Below are positions 50,920 to 64,000 of a stretch of 64,000 nucleotides of DNA, in pieces (the first letter of the stretch is position 1; each line of letters opens with the position of its first letter). The notes under the pieces are model-generated. The model made no database searches. It was given only the letters and a program-made list of their open reading frames with translations, and had not been told where the DNA came from. Where the stretch lies: the NCBI RefSeq assembly GCF_037042905.1, contig NC_087251.1:30382001-30446000 (forward strand), given 5' to 3'. A program made the position numbers and the translations under genes. The stretch comes from Lytechinus pictus (Eukaryota).

Positions 50920-53900
50920 ATCTTTTACTGATTAACTTTATTCCACGACAAACAAATAACAGGCGACAAGTCAAAATTTTGAAATATTTTTGTGTTTTTT
51001 TTTTCTCATTCACAAAGCACAAATGGATATCATCATCAACCACATTTCACAACTTCATTGTTAGATTTATATTTTATACATTATTGTCACTGCTACATAA
51101 TATACAATGGTGCTTAACATGGGGGAAGCATGTTCACTTTAAATATACTCTCATTGTTACCTCTGTTTGTAAGGAAAAATAATTAAAATATTCCCCCAAT
51201 TCAAAAGAGGACTGAAGAAAGTGTACACATCAAAAGCCACGTTTTCAGAAGCACATCAAGTATTCTGAATAGTGAATACAATTTAAAAATTTATAATCCA
51301 GCCCAAACTAATGGGAGCATATATTATAAATTTGATGCCTTTATATAAGGTGCTTTATACAAAACATTGACCTGACATAGCTCTATGGTAATGTTGCTTC
51401 TAAATTAAATGTGAATATTCATCTAAATAATCTGATACAATTCTCCCTTCCTGAATAGAAAAAATACTTTGTTGTCCAGAAAGATACTGATTAGATCAAA
51501 TTTGAGGCCGGGAATTTAATGAAAGTACCAAATGTGCATTTTATAATTAATGCTCTAAAATACCAATAAAGTTTTCACACCCCCCCCCCCCCCCAATAAC
51601 AAAAGTATCCTATTAAAACAAAAAACAAAAAACAGCTGCAAACCATTAATGTATTTTTAATATGAACTAATTTTCAGTTTTCTATAAATAACCACTGTAA
51701 TTATTTTAAAATATACAATGCCGAAGTCTGTTCCTACTTTCACTTTGTTCATCATAACCTCTTCACCACAAATAATTTATTTTTCTTAAAAAAGAATAAA
51801 TCCTAAAAGAGCTAATTTATAACTTGCATATACTGATTGATGGGTCACTCATTTCTCCTAAAAAGAAATACTGGAGGCGTCTAAAAAAAATCAATAGAAT
51901 AGAATACCAGCACAATCTTACAAAAATCCAGTACAAGTATAATCAAATTTGACAATTGCAAGATATGCCAATTTTCTCTTGGATTATAGATTCTTTTCAT
52001 CTCTAGTGTTCTCGTCTAAATAATATAAAACAAAACACAGTATATCTTTTACAACTGGCCTTATCATAAATGCTTTGAGGTGTATATAAAGAGTGATTCT
52101 CTAAGTATTATTATTTTTTAAATGCACATTAATGTGTAGAACTAATAACCACTTATGTTGATCTATATCTTTATAATAACACTGCATAAAAGGTGATTTT
52201 CTTCTACAATGTAGATAAAGATTGGGTATTTTTGGTATATGGTATGTAAACAACACATACATCTAAACAAAGAAACAGACAATGATTTTGTGCACTAATT
52301 CAAGAGTAAAAACAACCAAACATTTCTTGCAATGACCCTGAATAGTGCATAGTGGTACCAGTGATAACAATAATACTAATTAAAGCATAGCATATGATGA
52401 GAACCAAAAGAATAACTCATTTAAAATGTAAGCACCACCCTTTGACTGACAGCAAAAATACGTAGCATACAGAATCCATAAACTTACTAGATTAAGTTTT
52501 CATCCTTTGTATAAATGTTGTAGAAATGCTGACACAAATAGAATGCATTTTTAAGAAGTAATTGGTGGTGTGGGGGGGGGGGGGGGGCTATCAGAAAAAA
52601 AGTACAAACCTTTATGCATGAATTTCATTTGATATCATTTTCAACAGCCCATAAATACTAACTTTTTTTTCTGTTGGGTCTACTAACACAGGTGCTACCA
52701 TCAAGTATATCAACTAGAAAATGTTGGTGCAGCTTGACATGAAATTTGCTACCATCTCAAAAATAGAATCTCTACATGGTAACATGATCAGTTGAGAGAG
52801 AAGACATTACTAGGAACCGTTTAATGACATGTAGAACTAGCACAGGTTGGAACACTGATCTACATATAAAGCAGGGATGTAATTAGGCACTTTGTTACAC
52901 AAACTCAACATCCAATACAGTAGACATATTCATAGCTTTTTTATTTCTTTATACACATATCAACAAGAAATCACTAACCTTCCTGACCAAATTTCTACCA
53001 CCCACTTATAAAAAGGATGCAAGTCTCAGCTTCTTTAGTTTCACAGATGAATGATCCATCTTCTTTCGTGTGTGTACATTTTTGTATCATGAAAAAATGA
53101 AGGTCACTAACCCCAATCCTGTGTCTATATCAAAAGTATATTTTGACAAAACAACTTAAGATGAGATGAATCCTTTTATAATTGGATGATATATTTGATC
53201 GAGTGAGATCATATAATACCCATATTATGTGATAGGTAGTTACAAACAAACCAATTAAACATATGCCACTCAATTCAATCTTGAGAGTAAGCATAATGTG
53301 ATCATTTCCAGTCAATTTTTTTCTTTAAAATAAAATAACACTCCTAACCCTAGTCTAGAAGAAGCTTACCTAGCACTCCTTCCCTGCTACATGAATGTCT
53401 TTGGAAAGAGAAGATCCCATCTTAGGCAAACTCAGGTAGATAAATAATGCACTACATTGGTAAAGGCAATAAGATTCGCCATTAGAATCAACAATCCACA
53501 TACAAGCATTGATTCTTTTCTACGAGAGACTCTCAGAGGGATTTTTTTTCTCAATAAATTACAATTTATTTTCCTATGGACAGCTGCTGCAGCGGGCGTA
53601 AACTGCAAATCAAGTCAAAGTTAACTCTTCCAGAAATGACTCTAATAAGCAGTAAAATGCAACATGTTCATCGTAATTCACGCTAAGCCAGCATGTAAAT
53701 ATATTACCCAGAATATAACTAAATGGTGGCGGTGTACACAAAAATAAAGCCGTTCAAACAGCTCAAAATCAGTCAGTGTTATTCAGCACTACAAAAATAG
53801 GATTCCATATACATATTTGCCCTGAAGTCATCCCAATATAGGAATCGATAAACATGATCGTCAGAGCTGGCCTCTTCAAGGCCGATGAACTACATTGCTA

Positions 53901-54556
53901 CATATAATTCATTTCCAATTCAAAGAAAAAGTATATTTTCTTTGCATTATTTACAAAAGACTTTGTAAAAACTCCTCTTTTTTTTAAATATCAAATGGAC
54001 AGAGCCCCAAAGAGGACAAGAATGAATGGCACTGGATGAACGCATGGTAGAAAATAGAGGATGGCACGGAGCAATCAGGATGTATATGTTTCAACATCCT
54101 GATTGAATGGGGGCCAGATGCAAAGAAACAAAACAAGAATTTTATTTTTTCAAAGAGGAATGCATAAAAGGAAATGATACATAATTGTGGAGGCAAAGTA
54201 ATATCAAGAAAACTTCCTCCAAAGAATCATATATGAGAAGAGTAAAATGCGTTCATATGCAATGCAGATTCGGGGTTGGTTTCATAAAACTTGTTACAGT
54301 AACAAATTCACAATTTCTGATAAAAGCCACTGAAATCCTTCAATCTGATTGGTTGATAGTTCATTTGTAACAGAAATTGTGCATTTGCTATTATAACAAG
54401 TCTTTATGAAATAGGACTCTGGGCTTCATAGGTTTCCTTTTGGGGGGATGGGGATTGGTTTTGGACAGGGACAGTATAAAAGATCCAAAAAAGGGGAAAT
54501 TTTGGATCATGAACAAACAAAATAAGACCCAAATACGAGGGCTGGTGGAGTAAGAC
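50920..54556 (-). other. Probable long 3' UTR of the B56 gene
   Basis: About 3.6 kb of AU-rich, largely repeat-free sequence after the stop codon. Minus-strand AATAAA at 50937-50942; other AATAAA sites also exist, so the end point is uncertain. Confidence 0.5.
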
Positions 54557-54709
54557 TCAACTATTGGTCTCGGGTGACGAGACGAGGAATTCCTCATGGC
54601 GTTTGTGGGAGCCAATGGCCTTGATGGTGAAGGCATCCCTTGGAAGCTCCGATTTCCGTCTGAGCAGGGGCTTGGATTCCTTCCTACCTCCGGGTACTCC
54701 TTCAGCAGC
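54557..54709 (-). CDS. PPP2R5D: PP2A B56 terminal coding exon
   Basis: Encodes [59 protein letters not shown]...TIKA...HKR.EEFL is the characteristic B56 gamma/delta C-terminal motif. Confidence 0.95.
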   Translation of the reverse strand, partial: AAEGVPGGRKESKPLLRRKSELPRDAFTIKAIGSHKRHEEFLVSSPETNS

Positions 54710-56568
54710 CTGCGGGGGGGGGGGGGGGGGGTTAAAACAAAGGAACAAAATAATTAAGGCACATTATGAAGAAAAGGGTTGGAGTTAAAGAGTAGGAGGA
54801 AGAGAAACAGGGTACATTAAAAAGAGAAGAGTTTGAGTGATGGAAAAAGGGGAGAGAGACAGGAGGGTTTTCCCCAGAATGGAATAAGAAAGGCCAGACA
54901 AGAGAATGTATGCCAAAAGAGGAGAAGGAAAAGAAAAACAATAATTTGCATTATAACTGAACTCCTTGCATCTCCTTAACTGAGCACACAGAGTAAATTA
55001 TTGACGATAGGAAAACACCCCTCGGCCATACATAATAGTCTGCTACATTCCACCCAAAGGGCCGTTTAGCAATGTAATGTAAATGTGATGTAAAATTATA
55101 TATGACAGAACCAAATGCAAATGCAAAACAGTCATTCAATTATGCAATTTTTTTAAAAACAAACCTCACAACCCTGTGCACCCCTCCCACAATAAAAGTA
55201 AGCAGTGAATGGTCACACATCGTGCACATGCAACTTGCATGTACGAGCAGGTAATAAAATCAGACCAAGTGGTCTAAGACTAAAGTGCAATTAAACCATG
55301 GAATTGATCAGAAGGGGTGGGACCACTTCACTGCAGAATTCAAAAGAATGTAGAGTGAAGTACCTAACTCTTGGTAGAACTAAGTGACTCTACTTTATTA
55401 ATGTTTATAATAGTGCGCCAACTAGATAATTAGCACCTCATAAATGTTATATATTATTATAATGACATTCCTTCCAAAAAAATATATTTCTCCTTTTCTG
55501 AAACATATATTGGACAGATTAATTTTGGAGGACATCTCACACAATATGACAAACACTTAGCAATAGAATAACAATTCACCACAAAAATACATCATTGTTC
55601 CAAGTTGACTGCAACATGTTTTCAGGACCAGATATACAAGAAATACACAAGTGCATCCTAGCCCCTCCCCCATGCTTTTCCTAGTAGCAAGAATGATTGC
55701 TGGCCTGATAATTCTCTAAAGACCTAATAGATTATTTTTTCATGACAGAGTCAAATTAAGAAATGTCATCTTGCGTAAACCACTAGTGGGATTTTCAAGC
55801 CAGCACAAATAATCCGATCTAATAATATTTCTTCAAGCATAAACATGGGTAGAGTGTGCTAATCCATGCTCATTGTAGCCAACTTACAGAGATTTAAACC
55901 TTTAATGTGCAATCCATTAGTTCCAAATGATTATGTATGTTTTAGACACAATGCAAATATCAATCTTAATATCAATAGACATCTTCCAATGGTGAACCTT
56001 TCATTGAGAAGTTGATATATATCGGCCCATTGCATTTTGCAATTAAATTGAAGCCCTAAAAGTGTGCTTCTGATCGAGTGAAAATGAAGCTTTGTTGATT
56101 TTTTCATTGTAAAATTTAGGCAACGGGTTAAGGACCATCCCCAAAAATGGAATTCAAATACTATTCTTGACTAATTCTCAAGCAATTTGCTAAATTAATT
56201 CCCATTGTAAAGAGGTAAAATATGGATATCTTCTGTTATTTTTCTCAAACAAAATTCATCCCAGAAAATATAATTGAGATTTGCAGTATGCTTAAATCAG
56301 CACTTCAGAATATCTGCTCTGAAGTTTGTTAGTTTTCACCTCACTTCCTTTTTTTTTACTATTTTTTCCAATTCATCTTTTTTCCTTTAGTTTGTCATTT
56401 TTATATTAAAATCATATTTTTTCCTTTTTCTCCTCCATTTTTGTTATTTCAAAATATTATTATGATTATTTTTCTTTTAAATTTGTATTGATTATCTAAT
56501 GATTTTCTCCCTCTCTCACTCTCTTGTTACAATTATCATTTTGAGGGGGTGTTCAAATGAGCACTAAC

Positions 56569-56676
56569 CTCATTCTTAATGTGTTCTTTGAGTTCGGCCT
56601 CAGAGTCCATCTCCATGTCGGGGCTGTTAATGCTTCCAGCCATACTATTGGGTCCAGTTAAACCCACTTTGGGATA
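56569..56676 (-). CDS. PPP2R5D: PP2A B56 exon (variable linker)
   Basis: 108-nt phase 0-0 open exon (cctag / gttagt) encoding YPKVGLTGPNSMAGSINSPDMEMDSEAELKEHIKNE, lying between two conserved exons. Confidence 0.85.
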
Positions 56677-58621
56677 CTAGGCAAAACAAGAAACAAGCAA
56701 GCTCCTAATTACATACTCTCCACATAGTGTTTTTTAAAGCGTGGTATGCAGGGGGGTTTGAGCCAATCTACCCAGGTCAAATTCGGGCTAAGGTTTCTGA
56801 CACATCAACTAAATATGACAATCTGGTAACCTTTCCCAAAGAGTTGACTAATCAATTAACAAACTACTCTACAAATATCTGGACTATGAGGATTGACAGT
56901 AGTGAAGTGAAGTAACTAATCAGCTGTAGTTTTATCTCTGATCAGACATGTTTCACTGAATGCCTGGAGAATAAACTACTTTTAAGTGAAATGATATCAA
57001 ACTCTTACATTACTACACATACCATGCACAGAAAAAATTAACATGCAAAAAAAAATAATAAAGAAATAATATCTAGACATCAAATTGGGATTACTCTAAG
57101 CCATACTCTCATGGTACTTTCTACAAAAGACTTGATATACTGTAGTTTGTTTTATTTTTCTTGGCATTGCTTTATTGTTTGGTTGAGAGAACAACATAAT
57201 AGTGGTTCAAACTTTTTTGACAAATTCAAACTGTGTAAGTTTTCAATTCTAAACTATCATTCTAGAATCTCGACACAAAGTTGAAAAGTGAAGTGTTAAA
57301 GATTATATTACAAGTAAGTTCATGTAACAATATTCTATTGACAAATAAATATTAGCATGTATATATTTATATTGTTAAACTAATATTCCAAATCATAGAT
57401 CAATATCAACAAGTAATATGTTCTGTGAAAATAAATGTACCAAATTTGCTTATGTTTTATGATATGCATACTTCAATATTATTTGTATTCTAAAAGATAA
57501 GGAAGGTTTCTAGCAATACATAAAGAGCGTTTTTGCTAGCATGGGGCAATGGGGCGGAGGGGGGCGTGGCAAGACTGCTGACAAGTGTACATCTTTCTGT
57601 GTAATATAAAGTGCAAATACTTATTTGGACACTACCACCCTCTCTTCTACAGTACCTTAAATTATATGTAATCATCTCAATCCCTTTAAAGATTCTAAGA
57701 GTCTTTTCTTAAACTCTGGGTTAATCATGCATGAAGATAACAATGATATTGAGAAAATAATTTTTCAATTTCAGTTGGGCAAAATAATAGCAAGACCGGA
57801 TGAAAAATCACTGAACATAATCATGATTTGTGCCCGTGCAGAGCAATAACATTGGGAGTTTCATCACATGCAAAGAACACATTAGTTTTCTTCGAGAATA
57901 TGTCCCAGATCTGGAAACAAGCCACCTTTTAGGCTGCATTTACTTTCTTGTTTTTACAATGAATATTCAAACCGATATTGACACAAATACAACTAATATG
58001 ATACAGAATACATGGTTCTACAGACATCAAAACCTTTACTGGGACATATACAATGCAAGGCCTCTTTGAACTACATGATTCATTTTTTTTTATAAGGAAG
58101 GTGCAAGAATATGGGACAAGCAATGAAGAATGGAAAGATAAATATTCAATTAGTTGAGTGTGAACGTGATCGATTTTAATGGAAAAACAATTTCCCACTA
58201 TCAATTTTTGTGTGTGTGAAAGCTATAAGATTAGCCCAAATAGACATAACTTTGGCAAGTTTGATAGTTTTTGTACATTCTAAATCCTTGATATTCTTAC
58301 CTTATATTGGTACAAAATAAGGTAAGTCTCCCTCTAAAACCTAAGATCAGCTTGGCCTGATATTAAACTTTCCCTTATCTATGAAATTTCCTTATTCTAG
58401 CTGATCACGGAAAAACAAAAGAAAAATGGTATATCTCGTGTACAGGTTTGAACTTGTATTATACTAATCAGCTTCAAAGTGACTTATTTTTATACATTTA
58501 ATTCATCAATTCATGTTTTATATTAGGAAAGAGATAGTGACAACAGAAAACATTCATCCTATTATTATATTACTAAGACTTATGAACAAGAGATATTAAA
58601 TGGAAAATAATGAACACTTAC

Positions 58622-58694
58622 CGATGGATTTGATCTTGCTTTGGATTCTAATTTATTCCATATCTCATCCATCTTCTGCAGCTTATCTTTTTCC
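58622..58694 (-). CDS. PPP2R5D: PP2A B56 exon
   Basis: 73-nt exon (tttcag / gtaagt), in phase, encoding EKDKLQKMDEIWNKLESKARSNPS; resembles the B56 'EExWxKIExLAxxNP' helix. Confidence 0.93.
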
Positions 58695-59635
58695 CTGAAA
58701 ATGATAAATTAACCCCCAAAATTTTATGGCATCATACATATCAATGCATTTGATTGCTTTATAATGATGAAAAATCTTCCCTTAATCACATTTGTCCTTA
58801 ATATAAAGATGACACAAAAAGCAACTTCCTATTAAATCTAAATCCCATAACAACCAATAAGGACTGAAAAACAACAGCACATTTAATTTTATATTTCTTT
58901 TGTGACTTATGAAAAATGTCAATAGTTTCTTTTTTTATGTGTGTTCAATCTTACATTTTTACACATATTTTAGTCTCTTAGTTTGAATTAAAACAAATTA
59001 TTTTTTTCAATTTTTTTAGATATATTTCATGCGAACACTTTTTTTGTGTTGTTGAAATAGATGACAGTCCTATGAAGATGAAAAGTACATCACTATGTGG
59101 GTAAAGATTGCAATGTGATATCTTTCCTCTTAAATAAAACCCAGTATGTTCACATGTAAATGAAACTTCACACCCTAAATGATTAGAAATAACACCCACC
59201 CCTAAAAAGCCATTAAGATGATTTTCTTCTGGATACATCATTTGTTATGAGAAGGAAATTCATCCCCTCATGAACTCTGATGCTCAGGTCACAATTGAAT
59301 GGGGACCACTCAACTATACTCCACACTAGCAAAACCAGAGGTTATCAAAATGGTAAATTGCTGACTGGTCTACAACCACTTTGTCTAACTACCATAGGAG
59401 CTGAGGAACTGAAACTCTGCAACATCCTTTGAGGGCACCCTTAAATTGCATTAGTTCACCAGCAGGTACTGGCTTTGCAGACAGACATTTTTCCTCATTT
59501 GTAATGCACCATTTCTTGTATTTCTCTTTACTCTTTGTTTTTGCTCTTTTCTATTAAAGCCCCTTGAGCTTAATCAAAAGGGATGAGACACTATATAAAT
59601 CCTATGTGTTATTATTATTATTATCATTATCTCAG

Positions 59636-59940
59636 ATGGTCTAATCCCATTTGTATATAGCCAGTTTGTCTAATTCCTATCTAAGTGAAACCTATTTGTT
59701 CTAGTATCCACTTGGTCTAACTCCATTGAGTCTAGATGGTTAGATGAACTGTTCATGAACCAAATTTTAAATTGACAAGGTAAAACATAAGTAGACAAAG
59801 AGGGCATTAGACGAACTTACCATTAGACCAAGTGGGAATTAGACCAAGTGTACTGTAAATCATGTCATTTAGACCAAATAGATTAAGCTCATGTGGTATT
59901 AGACTATTTGAAAAGTAGACCAAGGGATTTAAACCAACCC
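59636..59940. repeat. Degenerate palindromic array of ~20-bp TAGACCAAGTGG units
   Basis: GGTCTAA...TTG units on the left face AGACCAAG units on the right. Confidence 0.6.
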
Positions 59941-60212
59941 TAACTGATCTTTATTTTATTTGCCAAACATTATACCCTATTCACATTTCCACATGCTTTC
60001 TTTGTCAATTTTATTTTTATAAACAATCATTTTTATCAAGGTATATTACTTTATTGCACACAAAAAAGGCAAATATGGTGGAAGAAACGCTTAACATGAT
60101 ATAGTGTGCCCATGAATAAAGTTGAGTGCCCCCCCCCATCCCTTACCCCCTGCAAACTGATTATCAACAATAAAGTACCTGAATACATTCAAGTAAGAGT
60201 TATAGTACTTAC

Positions 60213-60314
60213 AATTGTACTTCATCTTTGTACCTCTGCATGCATTCGTCAAAGCGTTTCTGATTGATTTCCATGAAAAGCTTCAGAGCGTTGTAAATCA
60301 GGCCGTTGATGGTT
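60213..60314 (-). CDS. PPP2R5D: PP2A B56 exon
   Basis: 102-nt exon (ttcag / gtaagt), phase-compatible with its neighbours, encoding [33 protein letters not shown]. Confidence 0.96.
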
Positions 60315-60391
60315 CTGAACAAACAGTAACAACATAGTCAGGATTTATAAGAAAATATTGAACAAATGAGAAGTAAAATTCAGTTCCATGA

Positions 60392-60563
60392 TGTTTGCTC
60401 CAGCGACAATTGCTCCTCTATGAATTTCACACACGAATCAAAGAACTTCAACCCTAGATTTACCACTATACCCTACCCTAAACATAATATAAAACTCTAT
60501 TGCAAACCCTAACCCTACATCTTAGATGAAATAAAGCCTGGAGCAACTGTCGCAGGAGCAAAT
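60392..60563. mobile_element. Short MITE with a degenerate (AACCCT)n centre
   Basis: TTTGCTCCAGCGACAATTGCTCC / GGAGCAACTGTCGCAGGAGCAAA flanking ACCCTA-like units. Confidence 0.7.
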
Positions 60564-61799
60564 GTGTCACCCTTAGAACCTGAAATTCAAGTCCAAGAAC
60601 AACTTTATTGGGTGTTGAAAGAAACTTGCGATCAATTGCAAGTCTATTTTTGGTCCCTAAATCAATCATATGTCTTGCAATAAATTACAAATTCAGGATT
60701 GATTACTTATCTGCTCTTTGGAACAAGGGATGTAATCTGATTTGCTAGAACTGAAATCAATCTTTCAGTTGTAAAATTGCAACAGAATATTTGCAATTGA
60801 TTGCAAATTTTTTCTTGTAACACCCCCTTTCATAGTCTATTCAAATACCAGTATATAAAAAAAATACTTGATTCCTTCAAAATTAATGTTACCATTATTG
60901 TAACTTCATTTCATAATAACCTTAACCCTATACACCACCCCCCCCCCCTTTGTGATCTACCAAAATTGTGAAGGTTAAACCAGCTGTAAGAACCAATTTG
61001 ATTGCTGCAAAACCATCATACATCACAATACAATGTTCTTTCTTTCAGGTCTTGTGCATCTCTTGGTAACAAGTTTATGATAATTGGAAAAAAAAGTTAT
61101 GGGGCCATGGCTTGTTTTTTGTCCCTTTCCAATTGCCTACCCTCATATCAACTTCCTTTTGTCTATTGGTTTGATGGTTAAATTACAACAACCAAAGGGG
61201 CATTTTTCATAGACCATGGGAACAATTAGATGACTAGCCCACATCCATTTTCTTCACATTCATGGTCTTAACATATTTCAGAGGTCAAATCTTAAGGGAT
61301 CAGAAGGTCAAGTCAAGATAATGCACGCTCCCAGACTATTATCTTATCCAAAAGCCACTTGCTCCTTTTCCTGGATTTGCAGATCAAATGGACTCTTCAG
61401 CACACATGTAAACAACAAGGGGTTCACTAAAATTGTTATTAACAAATTTTTTTACATTCTATTGATCAATTCAATTTTTCTGGCTCGGATCTAAAGACAT
61501 GTTAATTTCTGCACAAATTAAATACATCTTGGTCAAAATCATGAGATATAGTCCCATATATCTGCTCATCCCACGTACAAATGTATGATGGTAAACAAGA
61601 TTGGAAATGAGGGACCCCAAGGAAAGAGGATAATTGCATGATCCCAGATAAAAACAAGAAATATTACTACAGATGATTAATACCCCAATCTGCGAAAATA
61701 GCTATATTTGGGGAAATTAGCGCGATGGGTGAAAACCAAAATTGAAACCAACACACGTTAAAAGGAGAAAATAAAGAATTTAAAAAAAGGAAGACTTAC

Positions 61800-61927
61800 T
61801 TGTTCCAATGTGTCTTGGAATTCTTGTACAATGCTGGAAACATGATGGGTAGTATGGTCTCATCATTGTCACTTATTAAGCTCATTATGTACTCGTTGTT
61901 CCAATAATACAACGCTCGTTCTGCAAC
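61800..61927 (-). CDS. PPP2R5D: PP2A B56 regulatory subunit (gamma/delta type), internal exon; gene continues beyond the right edge of the window
   Basis: 128-nt AG/GT-bounded exon encoding [42 protein letters not shown](K), a hallmark B56 segment. The symbol is the closest vertebrate name; it could equally be a PPP2R5C/D pro-orthologue. Confidence 0.97.
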
Positions 61928-62142
61928 CTGAAGGGCAAACAGACAATCAACTCATGTTAACTTCTTTTCAAGAAACAACGTCACTTCAACAATGGCATAA
62001 GCTATTACAAAATAATGAGATCGTTAAGATTTGAAAATAGTATGTCAATGTACCAGAGAGATAACATGAAGCTCACAAGTTTAAAAGGAAAAGATGTTTT
62101 TTTTGTTAAAAGCTTCACAAACTAACTGATAATCAAACTTAA

Positions 62143-62537
62143 AGCTAAATTACAGTAGTTGAAGTAAAACACTAATTTCGTGAGAAAGTCTGTAAAACCA
62201 AGGTTAAGTATGACTATATCATCGTGGATCTAGATCTGGTACAGTTACATAAACTGAACTTTGTGAAATCATAAAATCTAAGCTGAAATACGATCACATT
62301 GAAGATCGCCAACACAGATAGGCACACGTGGGACAGTGTATTATTATTGCTGGAATAAAGACCCGACGGAAGTGACCGAATCCGCGCTTATTTTGCTTAT
62401 TTCTCAGCAATTACACAATTTCTTCCAGAATCCTTTGGCACATATTTTTTATTCATACAAACAGACACTTGGGTGGTCATTATATTAGATTCTGTAAAAA
62501 GTCATTTTGAGATCGTTACCAAAACTGGAATTTACCT
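62143..62537. mobile_element. Kolobok-like MITE
   Basis: TTAA|AGCTAAATTACAGT...ACTGGAATTTACCT|TTAA. Confidence 0.75.
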
Positions 62538-62810
62538 TTAATATATATCATGACAACTAGACCATACAATCATTAGCTGCAATTCAACTTGAGTACATAA
62601 AAAGAAAGTCTAACAGATATTCAAAATATGATTTTTTATCTTTTTGTTTCAGTCAACCAAATAAAAAACTTTGAGACTTTAACTGGTAATCTTTAAAAAA
62701 AAAATCTAAATGTGGCTAAAGAAAAGATGTACCATTCTCATGGTACATTGTGGTTCTGGGGCGTTTCATAAATAAATTTTTGAAAAAAAGCAAAACAGTT
62801 AATAAATTAT

Positions 62811-63093
62811 AAATAATAATAATATAGGATTTGTATAGCGCGCGTATCCACCTTGTTAGGTGCTCAAGGCACTCCCATATTAGTATTACCCTGGCTAAGC
62901 TAGTCTACCGCTTCCGTTGCGCACAGCTTTTTGAGGAATTACTTCTTGCTAGTACCCATTTACCTCACCTGGGTTGAGTGCAGCACAATGTGGGTAAATT
63001 TCTTGCTGAAGGAAAACATGCCTTGGCTCGGAATCGAACCCATGTCCTTCAGATTGAAAGACGAGAGTCTTAACCACTAGACCACGACGTCCC
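62811..63093 (-). mobile_element. tRNA-derived SINE, same family as 23347-23618, inside a small MITE (62756-63190)
   Basis: Reverse complement aligns with the 23347 copy along its length; (TAT)n tail. Confidence 0.9.
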
Positions 63094-63196
63094 CACAACG
63101 CAAAATCTACCGAAAATCATTTGATTTGATTGGCTGATGATAGAGAATTTATGCATTTGTTATTATAACAAGTCTTTATGAAGAGGGCCCTAAATA

Positions 63197-63542
63197 GGTG
63201 GTTTTAGACCGCCTCGAAGTTCGTCAGTTCCAGGTATTCTCTGATCGGGAAATTTACCCCGATCAGAAAATACCAGGTATTTTGGTAATGTGAAAGCAAA
63301 CTACGCGTAATTTCCCCGAAAGAAAATGCCCGCTAAATAGTAGGTACTTGGCGAAATTACGAGAACTTTCGCGAGGATTTTTCCAAGGTCGCAGGTATTT
63401 TGGCAATGTGAAAGCAATTTACGGGAACTTTTAGCCCAGCGGGGCGGTGTGAATGCAGGAATAATTAATGGGTATTTTTTAGCCTAAAAATGTTCTCATA
63501 ATTTAACGGGGATTCTTGTGATCGAGGCGGCTTGAAACCGCC
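63197..63542. mobile_element. PIF/Harbinger-like MITE
   Basis: GGTGGTTTTAGACCGCCTCGA / TCGAGGCGGCTTGAAACCGCC inverted ends with TA-rich flanks. Confidence 0.7.
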
Positions 63543-64000
63543 TAATGATAATCATAACATTCTCTACCTCATGCAATTGGATACAGAACTTACAAAGAAA
63601 TCAACATAGGGCACGTACCAGCATTATGATTTATGTCATCATCAAATATCAAAATATATCCAAAGAGGTAAATGAGAATCCGGTTTATCTCTTTATATCA
63701 AAATCACCCTCAGTTATATTTAAGTAAAAAAAAATAAAAAAAAATACATGTATTATATCCTCCAAGGAGTTTTCTCAGGCTATATTTTGAAGATCCTTGT
63801 GAACCATACAAAAGAGTATCAATTCCATCATTGGAGATATCTTGTGTTTCGTCCTCATTTTGTACACAAAAGATCTGGCAATAACCCCTCCCTGATTGTC
63901 AAACAGATCAATTATCCCCTTAAGACAATTTCTGCACTGTTGCTCAATAGACTACACAAATGACCTACGTACAAAGTCTAACATTCATAAACCTACAACA

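Noticed and set aside
60440..60520. Second interstitial telomere
   Set aside because: Only degenerate ACCCTA units forming the centre of a small MITE.

Overview
This is AT-rich, intron-containing, repeat-dense animal DNA. The repeat families and poly-G/C tracts suggest a marine invertebrate, probably a sea urchin (inference). The one clearly recognisable protein gene is the 3' part of a PP2A B56 (PPP2R5 gamma/delta-type) regulatory subunit: five minus-strand exons at 61927-54557, plus a probable long 3' UTR. A second minus-strand chain of exon-like segments (about 27.5-6.5 kb) has canonical splice sites and a possible 120-130 aa orphan ORF, or is a lncRNA. The rest is mostly mobile DNA: tRNA-derived SINEs, CR1/L2-type LINE remnants, Tc1-, Kolobok-, piggyBac- and Harbinger-like MITEs, and nested Helentron-associated (HINE/Tsp-like) elements carrying 163-bp satellite cores. 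The most striking feature is a 5-kb element (41796-46845) with terminal inverted repeats (TIRs), an 8-bp target-site duplication (TSD) and ACATCGTTGG repeat arrays. It carries a 291-bp internal (TTAGGG)n tract preceded by a fold-back palindrome, and a GC-rich branched hairpin lies just to its right. All alignments and identities were judged by eye; no database searches were possible.
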